A program made the position numbers and the translations under genes. DNA of 63,957 nt, the filler included, from Octopus bimaculoides (lineage: Eukaryota): the NCBI RefSeq assembly GCF_001194135.2. It is 6 parts of 6 records of this genome, joined end to end, with 100 filler letters (N's around TTAATTAATTAA, not from the genome) between each part and the next. Parts side by side here need not be neighbours in the genome. Positions count along the whole stretch, not along the records: positions 41,450 to 57,976 come from NC_068985.1; positions 58,077 to 60,984 come from NC_069005.1; positions 61,085 to 62,796 come from NW_026384267.1; 3 more parts are not named here. One strand, given 5' to 3'. The notes under the pieces are model-generated. The model did no database searches. It was not told where the DNA came from and worked only from the letters and a program-made list of their open reading frames with translations. Shown here one piece after another: positions 48,653 to 61,943 of this stretch; position 1 is the first letter of the stretch; each line of letters begins with the position of its first letter.

Positions 48653-50309
48653 ATATATATATATATATATATTTATATGAGCGACAGAAGAAGTATTTCA
48701 AATTACTAAACTGTATATAACATTAACATACGTACGTCACTGAAAGCCTACTAAACTGCGATTTCTGTTTCGATATAGGATCCCTTGGAGTCTTATAACG
48801 TTGAAAAAGTCAAATATATCATTAACAGACCAAATTTGTTAAACAGCGGTGCTGGAATTGCTAAGTACCTATTTCTGTTTTTCTGGACAAACAGAAAAGC
48901 AAGTACTCACAAGCAACGGCATGCTAAAACAGATTCAGCAATGTACATAAGTTGAGTATGATATACATATTACTACTTAGAACTAGTACTACCTCTGCCT
49001 CTCATAACAAATTTCAACCTGCCTGCTAGCTACAAATTTTAGACCAGTTCTTTGTACATCAGTTGAGGCTAATTTGTCTTATTAGTAGCCAACGGTCAGA
49101 AGTTAATTAAATTGCATTTCTCTGAAAGTAAGAAAATGATAAACCAGTTTTCGGGTGAAATTCTGTTTAAAATCTATTTTCGATCACTTTCATTCATTTC
49201 CTTATTAAATTGCAAAGAAATTAAGGTTTGGTGAATTCATAAACTATTTCCTAAATTATTAATTATTTTTGGCTTAGTCTAAATGACCCAATAAGCTATT
49301 TGATTAAATTTCAATTCAGTGTTACTCAGAGATCTGATATAGTTTGTTATATCATGTCCTAATCTTTGACCCATTCGGGGAGAATACGTAGGGGCTATAG
49401 AAGTATTTTAGTTAAAGACAAATATTTCAACACTATTTGAACGGTGAAATTAAATCAATATAGGACAGAATTGTATTAATTTTCTATTTCTCTTCTTCTG
49501 CAAATTTGTCAAAATATTCCACTAATTCTCATTGCAACTTGTAATCTCTTAATTCCTTCAAAGTCATCTTAAAGAATTTTCATACATAAAATCGTGTAAG
49601 CAAAAGGAAGTTTGCCGAAGGCGAATCTGTGCAAGAGAAACCAAACATTTCCTTATCTCACATTTTACGTTGCATTACTATATTATAAAATACTACTTTA
49701 TATACATGGTTATGTATGCGTCAGCTATATATATATATATATATATATATATATNNNNNNNNNNNNNNNNNNNNNNNNNNNNNNNNNNNNNNNNNNNNNN
49801 NNNNNNNNNNNNNNNNNNNNNNNNNNNNNNNNNNNNNNNNNNNNNNNNNNNNNNNNNNNNNNNNNNNNNNNNNNNNNNNNNNNNNNNNNNNNNNNNNNNN
49901 NNNNNNNNNNNNNNNNNNNNNNNNNNNNNNNNNNNNNNNNNNNNNNNNNNNNNNNNNNNNNNNNNNNNNNNNNNNNNNNNNNNNNNNNNNNNNNNNNNNN
50001 NNNNNNNNNNNNNNNNNNNNNNNNNNNNNNNNNNNNNNNNNNNNNNNNNNNNNNNNNNNNNNNNNNNNNNNNNNNNNNNNNNNNNNNNNNNNNNNNNNNN
50101 NNNNNNNNNNNNNNNNNNNNNNNNNNNNNNNNNNNNNNNNNNNNNNNNNNNNNNNNNNNNNNNNNNNNNNNNNNNNNNNNNNNNNNNNNNNNNNNNNNNN
50201 NNNNNNNNNNNNNNNNNNNNNNNNNNNNNNNNNNNNNNNNNNNNNNNNNNNNNNNNNNNNNNNNNNNNNNNNNNNNNNNNNNNNNNNNNNNNNNNNNNNN
50301 NNNNNNNNN

Positions 50310-50341
<32 letters not shown>

Positions 50342-51659
50342 ATAATAGTTAATATTATGCAGAAAACACTTATGATATTCAATGCTTTATATAACATGCA
50401 CGCGTTTCAATAGCTATTTATTGCGGAACACTGATGCGGTGCCTTGTAAGTTTGCATAATGTTTCTACAACTGTTGTATAATTATTGCAGTATTTTGATG
50501 AAACACCTGTATGATCTACAAAGTTATGAACATGTGTTTCTTGTATATTATTATTTCTGTAGTGTACTTAGCAGAAAGCAATTCTATGTGAGACCGTTTG
50601 TTGAAACTATAACGATTGCACCATAGAAATCAGATTAACCATTCAAAAACACAGAAAGACTTTTAACTTCACTTACACATTTTTCATTTCTTGTCAAAAT
50701 TTTTGTCGCACCAACTGCGACTGGTTACTGACTTAACTCCACTGCATTTAATTTTTGCTATGTTTAGCTGTATGTATGTATGTATGTATGTATGTATGTA
50801 TGTATGTATGTATGTATGTATGTATGTATGTATGTGTCTGTCTGTCTAGTGATTCGTTAATATCAACCAATTAAATGAAAATAATCAACACCTCCGTTTG
50901 TAGTTTGTACAAAGGCCAAGATTAATTCTCCTAGAAATGTAAGGGTTATGTGTAAATATTTTAAAAATGTTAGTTCCTTTGTTTTTCATAAAACAGTATT
51001 ACAGCTGTCTGCAATCTATACTGAATCATTTTGTAAACTTGAATCATTTTATGCACCACATTTTAAGGCATAAAAAAAAGAACATATGGATATACGTATG
51101 TATGAAACTATTATTAAAAATAAGTATTGATTTAGGCGTTTCCGTACACAATTTGGCGTGTAAGAAAAATACTTGACACTATACCAGAATAGAGGAGAGG
51201 TAGATATTGTAGAATTATGATTAGAAATACCGAATGATGTGAGGGGAGATAACTTAGTGTCAAGAGCATCTAATTATGATTTGATGAATGAAGTGTTAAT
51301 TGAACAACTTTGCTTGTATGCATTGTATTACGGTTAATGGATATTGTGTTTCGTAATTTAATGAGTAACCTGATATATAATATTATTTTACTGAGAATAT
51401 CACTTATGGTTTAATTAGCTGCAGAATTGCAGGGAAATACACGAATGGAAATCTGATTTTACAGATGTTTACAAAATTATTTGTCCGTGATATCTTCAAC
51501 ACAACCGTCGCCAGTAAGAACGGGATTAGTGTTAGTATCTTTCACGATGTTGTTTGTATACATGGAGAAACAATGCACTTTAGAAAAATGTGAGAAAGGG
51601 AAAATTATTTTGGTTCTATCCTCCATTAAATTTAGATGACTATTCGTACATAACAACCT

Positions 51660-51860
51660 ACGGTGGCACTGCGGGTAAAAGGCTTAACGTCTTATCGTTC
51701 GACTTCACGTTCTGAGTTCAAATTCCATCGAGGTCAAATTTTGTTTTCACCCTTTTGGTGTCGACAGAATAAGTACCACTTGAGGACTAGGGTCAATGTA
51801 ATCGAATAGTCCACTCACTGTATTTGCTCGCCTTGTACCAAAGGTACCAAAGTTTGAAGC
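51660..51860 (+). mobile_element. SINE family A, diverged
   Basis: CACGTTCTGAGTTCAAATTCCATCGAGGTC..AATAAGTACCA..CCTTGTACCAAAG. Confidence 0.8.
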
Positions 51861-52089
51861 CTATATTAACATGACATAGAGATTTTATCTTTTATTGGAC
51901 ATCGGTTTTCAAGTTCACATTCATTCACAGATTTTGATGCTCCAAAGAATTTGCCAAAAACACTTAAAAGCTTTATACCTCTACAATAACAACTTACCAA
52001 GCATATTACTTCCATTAATTACAGTCGAAGGAATTGCGTTACGTGAGCCATCGTATTAGATCCATAACAAACCCAATATTTAATACAGT

Positions 52090-52351
52090 TCTATATTAAA
52101 GAGCTGAGGAATTATGTACATTATTTACATTATTTACATATGGTGTAGTGGTTAAGAGCGCGGGCTACTAATCCCAAGATTCCGAGTTCGATTCCAGGCA
52201 GTGATCTGAATAATAATAATAATAATAATAATGATAACATCGAAAAAATACCTTAGGATTGAGAACCCAGGTTCGAAATTTCCCCAAACGTTGTGTTAAG
52301 AAAAACAAGATGAGGACAAATATCCGTCAAATGTAAATAATGTAAATAATG
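52090..52351 (+). mobile_element. tRNA-headed element with (TAA)n spacer and PLE-like tail, bounded by a 21-bp perfect inverted repeat
   Basis: A-box TGGTGTAGTGG (52141), loop CTACTAA, B-box GAGTTCGATTCC; CATTATTTACATTATTTACAT (52119-52139) vs ATGTAAATAATGTAAATAATG (52331-52351). Confidence 0.7.
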
Positions 52352-52600
52352 CCAATATCAAATGTTCTGCATGATGAAAAATTGTTTTCCAAAATCACCC
52401 AACAGGAGTCACAACATTCAAATAAATCTTGTAAATTCTTGTGACAATCTCGTCATGTCCATTACCAAAGACCTTCAGAATAACAACATTTGTCTCCTTT
52501 CCATGTTATTAATATCGGTTGAGTTTTTTCACTTTTTTCCTTTTCGAATTTTGGTATGATCTTCAATTTTTTTCGACATTTTATATATATATATTTTTTG

Positions 52601-52640
<40 letters not shown>

Positions 52641-52952
52641 CAAAAATCATTACTTTCTAATTTGCACTTTCATTTCCACGAAATTTTAAAATTTAAAATT
52701 TTTTACTTTTTGTTTTTCTAGTTGTCTTTCATTAACGAAGTTTCTGTCTTTTCGAAATGCCGTATTTTCAATCTATCAAAATATTTGACCTTTACATTTC
52801 GATAAACACAAAAATCAAACAACGATAAAAGAAATCTTGATTTTTTTCAAATATTGCTATTAAACCATATAAGATAATAAAAAATTTACTTCAAGGAAAT
52901 TGAGACACTTGAAATAAAAACACTTCAAATCATCCACTTCACACTTACATAA

Positions 52953-52983
<31 letters not shown>

Positions 52984-53370
52984 AATAAAACATCTTCGTC
53001 TTAAAGTTCTAATATAGAATATACACACGCAATGACAAACATACACACATATATGCGTTTTACATCGGTGACAAGTAAAAAGAGCCCGTCACTGCAGAGA
53101 AAGCCATTGCTTTGGATTAAGAGGCTAATCCGGGAACGCGTCAGGGACACGTGTTTGGGACATCTCAGTCTTGGTTTGCTTGTCGGATGTTGAAAGGACT
53201 GAAACACTTATTCAACCAAGACCACATCGGAAGTAAAATAGCCCAGCACACCTATGATATATGCGTGGCAAAATGAAACACGTAGACAATAATAGCGTCA
53301 ACGAAGTAGAAAAATGCATGGTTTAGTTTCTCAGTTTGTGTCATTTACATTAATAAAATACTTCTGTAAT

Positions 53371-53535
53371 ATAGGCGCAGGAGTAGCTGTGTGGTAAGTA
53401 GATTGCTAACCAACCACATGGTTCCGGGTTCAGTCCTACTGCGTGGTACCTTGGGCAAGTGTCTTCTACTATGGCCTCGGGCCGACCAAAGACTTGTGAG
53501 TGGATTTGGTAGACGGAAACATAAAGAAGACCGCC

Positions 53536-53540
<5 letters not shown>
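53371..53540 (+). mobile_element. SINE family B 5' half
   Basis: ATAGGCGCAGGAGTAGCTGTGTGGTAAG..GGATTTGGTAGACGGAAAC. Confidence 0.9.
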
Positions 53541-53568
<28 letters not shown>

Positions 53569-53639
53569 CAATGTTAATTCTCTAAATGAGGTATTAACAG
53601 TAACTGCACGATAAAGTGAAGTATATTGCCACTTAAATG

Positions 53640-53722
53640 TGGCTGACCCCTAGGGGTGGATGTTACTGTTGCTTTAGCCCCAGGAGGACATCTCCTCCAG
53701 CTGGCTTATCGACACAGGACAC
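53640..53722 (+). repeat. Dispersed repeat (TTTAGCCCCAGGAG..CCAGCTGGCT family), also at ~19150-19250 (-) and in the 26.1-26.8 kb arms
   Basis: Shared TAGCCCCAGGAG(G)ACATC.TCTCCAGCTGGCT.T.CGACAC. Confidence 0.7.
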
Positions 53723-54378
53723 NNNNNNNNNNNNNNNNNNNNNNNNNNNNNNNNNNNNNNNNNNNNNNNNNNNNNNNNNNNNNNNNNNNNNNNNNNNNNN
53801 NNNNNNNNNNNNNNNNNNNNNNNNNNNNNNNNNNNNNNNNNNNNNNNNNNNNNNNNNNNNNNNNNNNNNNNNNNNNNNNNNNNNNNNNNNNNNNNNNNNN
53901 NNNNNNNNNNNNNNNNNNNNNNNNNNNNNNNNNNNNNNNNNNNNNNNNNNNNNNNNNNNNNNNNNNNNNNNNNNNNNNNNNNNNNNNNNNNNNNNNNNNN
54001 NNNNNNNNNNNNNNNNNNNNNNNNNNNNNNNNNNNNNNNNNNNNNNNNNNNNNNNNNNNNNNNNNNNNNNNNNNNNNNNNNNNNNNNNNNNNNNNNNNNN
54101 NNNNNNNNNNNNNNNNNNNNNNNNNNNNNNNAATTAGATATTGTTAATATAGCAATACATAAAAACGGGCTAGAGTTGAAGTCCTCAGCATGAGCTAGAA
54201 TTCAAATTATAGTAAGAAAGGATACATAAGAGTGGAGTATTCGAGCGGTTCCAAGCAGTGCTGTCTTCTGCAAGTGCTTCACCCTTATTGCAGCTCCTAT
54301 TTGTTCCATGTACTTCTCAAGATTTTTACTCAATATTGTCATTATTACTGTTATTATTATTATTATTGTTGTTGTTGC

Positions 54379-54612
54379 TAAGGTGGCAAGCTAGCCGAAT
54401 GGTTAGCACGTCGGGCTAAAAAACGCTTAGCGATATTTCGTCCGTTTCCACGTTCTGGGTTCAAATTCCGACAAGGTCTACGTAGCCTTTGCTCCTTTTC
54501 GGTTCGATCCAATAAGTAGCAGTACAGTACTGAGGGCGAGGTGGGGTCGATATAAATGACTAGTTCCCTTCCCTGAACTTGCTGGCCTTGTGTCAAAATC
54601 TGATACTATTAT
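54379..54612 (+). mobile_element. SINE family A
   Basis: AAGGTGGCAAGCTAGCCGAATGGTTAGCACG..GGGTTCAAATTCCG..GGCCTTGTGTCAAAAT; ATT tail. Confidence 0.88.
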
Positions 54613-57600
54613 TGTTATTATTGTACCACATAAGCTAAGCTAATTACAACTACGGCTCAGTTTTCTTGCAGATGACTCTGTTGTGATGGTTATTTTTGCT
54701 GAAGATATTCTGGTATTTATCTTCTCTATTCTCTCGCTCTTTTTCTCTAATTTCGTACTTGATCTCACTTTCTCCTCTCCTCTATCTTTCTCCATGGTAT
54801 ATCTCATTCGCTATCGCTTTCTCCCCCTCTCTCTATCTATCGATATATCTATCTCTCCTTCGGCTCTTTCTCCCTCTTTCGCCCTCCGTGGAAATTCGAT
54901 TCAGGTTTATCTGTTAGGGTTGCAATTCCCCAAGGCAACTAGAAATGTGCATTTCTCTATTAGCTCCATTGGCCTGTAACTTACGTCCTTCGGTGAATGG
55001 TATATCAATTTTGATCATCTCTAGATTTAATGATCTTTGTGATGGCACGGATTTATATATATAGACATATGCAGAAAACGAAGAACCTATTGCGTGTGTC
55101 GCCTACCTAAATTGTAAAATGGGAAAATATCCTGACAGACGATTTCAGTTATCTCCATAACTATCCACAACAGATATACAATTTCTCTTTCTTAATAGAT
55201 AAATTTCCTAACAAACAAGACTGCTATCATTCAATTAGTGTGTCCTCTTATATACAATATATATANNNNNNNNNNNNNNNNNNNNNNNNNNNNNNNNNNN
55301 NNNNNNNNNNNNNNNNNNNNNNNNNNNNNNNNNNNNNNNNNNNNNNNNNNNNNNNNNNNNNNNNNNNNNNNNNNNNNNNNNNNNNNNNNNNNNNNNNNNN
55401 NNNNNNNNNNNNNNNNNNNNNNNNNNNNNNNNNNNNNNNNNNNNNNNNNNNNNNNNNNNNNNNNNNNNNNNNNNNNNNNNNNNNNNNNNNNNNNNNNNNN
55501 NNNNNNNNNNNNNNNNNNNNNNNNNNNNNNNNNNNNNNNNNNNNNNNNNNNNNNNNNNNNNNNNNNNNNNNNNNNNNNNNNNNNNNNNNNNNNNNNNNNN
55601 NNNNNNNNNNNNNNNNTATATATATATATATAGCGCATTATATCGATGGTGCTATATATATCATATACCTTTAAGTAAACATAAATGTGTACGCATATAA
55701 GTGTGTGTGTGTGTGTGTGTGCACACACACACACACACACACACATGTATATATATCTAAAAGCTTATATATGTAAATTTATTACCTATACGGATATAGA
55801 AGATAACATTTGTATGTGAGTTTTTCGTGTGTACATATATGTATGTGCATATATACGTTTATACACATGTAAGTATGCATATATATACATATATATTAGC
55901 ATATGTATACATAAATATATATCTTTAATATATAGATACACACATATATTTATGTACGTATATATATCTGTATCTATTTATCTACCTATCTATATATAAG
56001 TGTGTGTGTCCTTCTTTATGTATATACAAACTCACACCACACGCATACATCCTCTGCATCACCGTGGACTTGTGATTGCTAGTACCTGTATCTATTAGAT
56101 CTTCCACCATCTATTCTTAATTGAATATTTTCATTTATCATTTTCCTTTTTTATTTCTGTTGAAATATAATTTTTTCTCCTTATTTTTTAAAAATTATTC
56201 CATTCCCGTAAATGGCACCCCGCCTCATCATGCCACACCACACCATACCACACGATATCACGCTATTACTTCCTTCTTCTCTATATTATCGTATTCCTAC
56301 ATAAACAGATTTAGTGAATATCGAATTTACCAATAATTATATGTCAAACGACGAGATCAACGACTTGACTGCCTTCAAGACGTTTGCCAGTATACTTCTT
56401 TGGATGTGATTTAATATATTCCAAATTAACTGAAAAGGAAGGTACTATACAACTTTAATATGACATCTAATATAAGCAATATTCTTCAAGGGTATTTTGA
56501 GGAAGAAAAAATATGTCTAATTTTCAGCTGTCACTATTATTATTTGATACTATACGGCAATAATTACTTTCTGATATGCTTTGACAATATTTACAGCAAT
56601 TATTTTATTGTTTACAAGAGCACACAAACACACACACACACACGCACACACACACACACAAGCATGCACAGTGAGTCACATACACACACAGGCACATGCA
56701 TGTACATAAGCATATAGACAAATACATACACCCCCATGAAAATAAGCGTGGGAGTATATATATGTATATATTTAAGTATACATAAAGACAAACATATATA
56801 AGTATATATATACACACACACTTATATATATATATATATNNNNNNNNNNNNNNNNNNNNNNNNNNNNNNNNNNNNNNNNNNNNNNNNNNNNNNNNNNNNN
56901 NNNNNNNNNNNNNNNNNNNNNNNNNNNNNNNNNNNNNNNNNNNNNNNNNNNNNNNNNNNNNNNNNNNNNNNNNNNNNNNNNNNNNNNNNNNNNNNNNNNN
57001 NNNNNNNNNNNNNNNNNNNNNNNNNNNNNNNNNNNNNNNNNNNNNNNNNNNNNNNNNNNNNNNNNNNNNNNNNNNNNNNNNNNNNNNNNNNNNNNNNNNN
57101 NNNNNNNNNNNNNNNNNNNNNNNNNNNNNNNNNNNNNNNNNNNNNNNNNNNNNNNNNNNNNNNNNNNNNNNNNNNNNNNNNNNNNNNNNNNNNNNNNNNN
57201 NNNNNNNNNNNNNNNNNNNNNNNNNNNNNNNNNNNNNNNNNNNNNNNNNNNNNNNNNNNNNNNNNNNNNNNNNNNNNNNNNNNNNNNNNNNNNNNNNNNN
57301 NNNNNNNNNNNNNNNNNNNNNNNNNNNNNNNNNCATGCATGTACATAAGCATATAGACAAATACATACACCCCCATGAAAATAAGCGTGGGAGTATATAT
57401 ATGTATATAAATATATATACATATATATATAAATACATGTATAATTATATACATGTATATATACTTATATATACAACTATGTAAAACACATGTACATTGG
57501 AACACACATACAAACACACAAACACACATATATATTCATACATATCTACACACAGACACGCGCACTCACACAGATGTATATAAGCGCGTGTGCGTTCACA

Positions 57601-57940
57601 AATATGTGTGTTTGTGTATTTGGAAGTTTGCGTGGGATATTTCTTTTATCTAATGTGCTTTTATGTGTTTATTTCCAGTCTGACATCCTATAATTGACTT
57701 TCTCGTATAGCTTCCACTTGAGTTTTCTGTAGTTGTTTCATATATCCTTTACATCGCCTGCCTGCGTCCGTGTATATCCTGTATGGACGGCCATATTATA
57801 TATTGTATATATAAGTTTGTTTGCCTTTCTGAAAATGATATTTATATACTTCTGCATATAACATATTCATATCACTTGGTATATACTACTCGCACAGAAG
57901 TACACATACGCATGTTACAAAAATACTCAGAAACCAATAC

Positions 57941-57976
<36 letters not shown>

Positions 57977-58076
57977 NNNNNNNNNNNNNNNNNNNNNNNN
58001 NNNNNNNNNNNNNNNNNNNNTTAATTAATTAANNNNNNNNNNNNNNNNNNNNNNNNNNNNNNNNNNNNNNNNNNNN

Positions 58077-60984
58077 CACAAACGAACAAACGAAATAATG
58101 TAACGTACGATCGAAGGAACAAAAGAACGAATGAACGAACGAAAGTACGTACGTACGAACAAACGAAAGATTGAACAAACGAAAGTACTATGTACGTACG
58201 AACGAACGAACGTACGTGCGTACGAACGAAAGAAAGAACAAACGTACTAAACAACGAAATAAAGAAAAAANNNNNNNNNNGAAAGAATTAACGAACAAAC
58301 GTACGTACGAACGAACGGACGAACGAACGAACTACGTACGTATGTACGAATGAACGAACGACCGAACGATCGAAGGAACGAACGAAAGAACGAACATACG
58401 TACGTACGCACGAACAATCGTACGTACGTATGTACGTACAAACGAACGAACGGACGAACGAACGAACGACCGAACGATCGAAGGAAGGAACGAACGAAAG
58501 AACGAACGTACGTACGTACGCACGAACAATCGTACGTACGTATGTACGTACGGACGTACAAACGAACGATCAAACGAAGAAATGTACGTACGAACGAACG
58601 AACGATCTAACGAAAGAACTAACGAAGGTACGTATGTACGAACGACCGAACGAACGTACGTAAGTACGTACCTGCGTACCAACGTGTGTACGTACGTACA
58701 TGCGTATGTACGAACTAACGAACGAACGTACGTAAGTACGTACCTAATTACGTACGCACGAATGAACAAACGAACGTACATACGTGCGTAACTACGAACG
58801 AACTAACGAAAGAATGAACCAACGAACGTAAGTACGTACGAAAGAATGTGCGTACGTACTAACGAATGAACAAATGAAAGTACGTAAGTACGTATGTACG
58901 AACGAACGAAAGATTAAACGAAGGAAAGTACGTATGTACGTACGAACGAACGAACGTACGTGCGTACGAACGAAAGAAAGACCAAACGAACTAAAGAACG
59001 AAATAAAGAAAAAACGAACATACATACGTACCAAAATACATACGAACGAACGAACTTACGTTCGAACGAACGAAAGAACGAACGAATGACCGAACTTAAG
59101 AATTAACGAACAAACGTACGTACGAACGAACTGACGAACGAACGAACTGACGAACGAAAGAACGTACGTACATAACTACGTATGTACGAATGAACGAACG
59201 AACGAAAGAACGAACATACGTACGTACGCACGAACATAGGTACACACGAACAATCGTACGTACGTACGAACGAAAGAACGAAAAAACTAACGAAGGCACG
59301 TAAATACATACGTACGTACGAACGACCGAACGAACGAACGTACGACGTACGTAGATAAGAACGTACGAACGATCGAACGATCGTATGTAAGTAGGTACCT
59401 AAGTACGTACGAACGAATGAACGAACGAACGAACGAAAGAACGTAGTACGTTATTACGTATGTACGAACGAACGAAAGAACGTACGTACGTAATTACGTA
59501 TGTACGAACGAACGCAGGAACGTACGTACGTTCGTACTTACGTACTAACGAACGAACGAACGTACGTCCGTACAAGTGAACGTAAGAACGAACGAACTAA
59601 CGTACCTACGTATGAACGAAGGATCGAACGAAATTAAGGATTGTACGAACGAACGAAAGAACAAACGTACGTATGTAGGTACGTACATACGTACGAATGA
59701 ACGGTCGATCGAACTTACGTACGTAAGAACGATCGAACGAACGTATATATATAAATATATATATATAGGAGGGAGAATGTACGAAAAAACAACAACAGAC
59801 AAGGACAGGTGGTGTAAATAACAAAAGGATGTATTAGTATGACGCTCAGGAATACGGAAAGTCTTTGACGTTTCGAGCTACGCTCTTTAACAGAAAGAAT
59901 ACGGAGACAAGGAGAAAAACACGGAGAAAAAAAATAGAATAGTGTTCAGTCAACGGTCAATCATAATAAATATATNNNNNNNNNNNNNNNNNNNNNNNNN
60001 NNNNNNNNNNNNNNNNNNNNNNNNNNNNNNNNNNNNNNNNNNNNNNNNNNNNNNNNNNNNNNNNNNNNNNNNNNNNNNNNNNNNNNNNNNNNNNNNNNNN
60101 NNNNNNNNNNNNNNNNNNNNNNNNNNNNNNNNNNNNNNNNNNNNNNNNNNNNNNNNNNNNNNNNNNNNNNNNNNNNNNNNNNNNNNNNNNNNNNNNNNNN
60201 NNNNNNNNNNNNNNNNNNNNNNNNNNNNNNNNNNNNNNNNNNNNNNNNNNNNNNNNNNNNNNNNNNNNNNNNNNNNNNNNNNNNNNNNNNNNNNNNNNNN
60301 NNNNNNNNNNNNNNNNNNNNNNNNNNNNNNNNNNNNNNNNNNNNNNNNNNNNNNNNNNNNNNNNNNNNNNNNNNNNNNNNNNNNNNNNNNNNNNNNNNNN
60401 NNNNNNNNNNNNNNNNNNNNNNNNNNNNNNNNNNNNNNNNNNNNNNNNNNNNNNNNNNNNNNNNNNNNNNNNNNNNNNNNNNNNNNNNNNNNNNNNNNNN
60501 NNNNNNNNNNNNNNNNNNNNNNNNNNNNNNNNNNNNNNNNNNNNNNNNNNNNNNNNNNNNNNATTTGTTTATTTATTTATATATATATTTATTTATGCAT
60601 ATACATATATATATACGAACGTACAAACGAACGATCGAATGAACGAACGATCTAACGAAAGGACTAACGAAGGTATGTACATACGTACGTATGTACGAAC
60701 GACCGAACGAACGTGCGTACGTACGACGTGCGTACGTATGTACCTGCGTACCAACGTACATTGCGCCGGCGATCTTATCCTCTTTGCTCGCTCCCAATCG
60801 CTCCTAGTCGCTCGGTGGCTTCCTTCTCGCTGCCACAAGTAGCTCGGCCAGCTTCTTCTCGTCCGTCCACCGCCAAGGCGGCCGCGTGTGTACGTGCGTA
60901 CATGTGTACGTACGAACGAACGTACGTACGTAGATAAGTACGTACGAACAAACGAACGATCGTACGTAAGTAGGTACCTAAGTA
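58077..60984. repeat. CpG-rich compound GAAC/GTAC satellite (58077-59750, 60615-60984) with higher-order duplication
   Basis: ACGAACGAACGTACGTACG units; ~58141-58420 recurs at ~58877-59270. Confidence 0.92.
59780..59975 (-). mobile_element. PLE-type terminal repeat with hammerhead-like core (59862-59898)
   Basis: Minus: TCTTT-CTGTTAA-A-GAGC-GTA-GCTC-GAAAC-GTC-AAAGA. Confidence 0.65.
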
Positions 60985-61907
60985 NNNNNNNNNNNNNNNN
61001 NNNNNNNNNNNNNNNNNNNNNNNNNNNNTTAATTAATTAANNNNNNNNNNNNNNNNNNNNNNNNNNNNNNNNNNNNNNNNNNNNTTTAAAGTCTATTCTC
61101 AGCATATTGGCATAGAAATCTTTTTTCTTTTGCCTTTGTTTATAACTGTATATACATATATATGTACATACATATATATATAAAAATATATATATATATA
61201 CATACATATATATATACATATATATATACATACATATATATAAACATATATATATACATACATATAAACATATATATATATAAACATATATATATACATG
61301 CATATATATATAATGTATATATGTGTATATATATATAGGGTGAAGGCTGGCTGCATGTACTCGTACGTACATACATACATACATACATACATGCGTCACA
61401 CTCCGCTACGCATTCTAGAACATAGAAATAATAATACGCTTGAAATACAGTGAGTTACTAAGGGAGATCACTCTTCCAGAAAATTATATGTCTAAAAGGA
61501 TTAATGTCTCAAATATGATAAAAAAAAATTTGGAGAACGAAAATAATATATTCATAAAATATGCAAATAAATAATACACACAGCGTTATGTTATTAAGTT
61601 CAACAACCAGTTTTCGATAATTACAACTTACAGAAAATAAATTATGATAATGTCTATTCAAAGACGAATAACAACCAGGGCATTTAGCTGTTTCGGTTTA
61701 AGTATTAATAAAAGATAATGTCGCAAAAGATATATATAATTATGGTGATAATAATGATAATAAAGACAACAAGATGTGACATAATTACATGACGTTATAC
61801 ATGAACAAATGTGTGTGTATATATATACATATATATGTATATATATATCACATATATATGTAAACGCATAGTATATGATGCATATATATTTATACTATAT
61901 ATTTATG

Positions 61908-61943
<36 letters not shown>

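Noticed and set aside
53063-53197. 135-nt minus-strand AG/GT-bounded open segment
   Set aside because: Weak polypyrimidine tract and donor and an unprotein-like peptide; such segments are expected by chance in 64 kb.
56695-57408. Exact ~75-bp duplication on both sides of a gap (56695 and 57334)
   Set aside because: Typical unmerged contig overlap around a microsatellite gap.
58077-59750. CRISPR-like array or repeat-protein gene
   Set aside because: Tetranucleotide-based satellite with no constant repeat/unique spacer pattern; eukaryotic context; ORFs in all frames are compositional artefacts.
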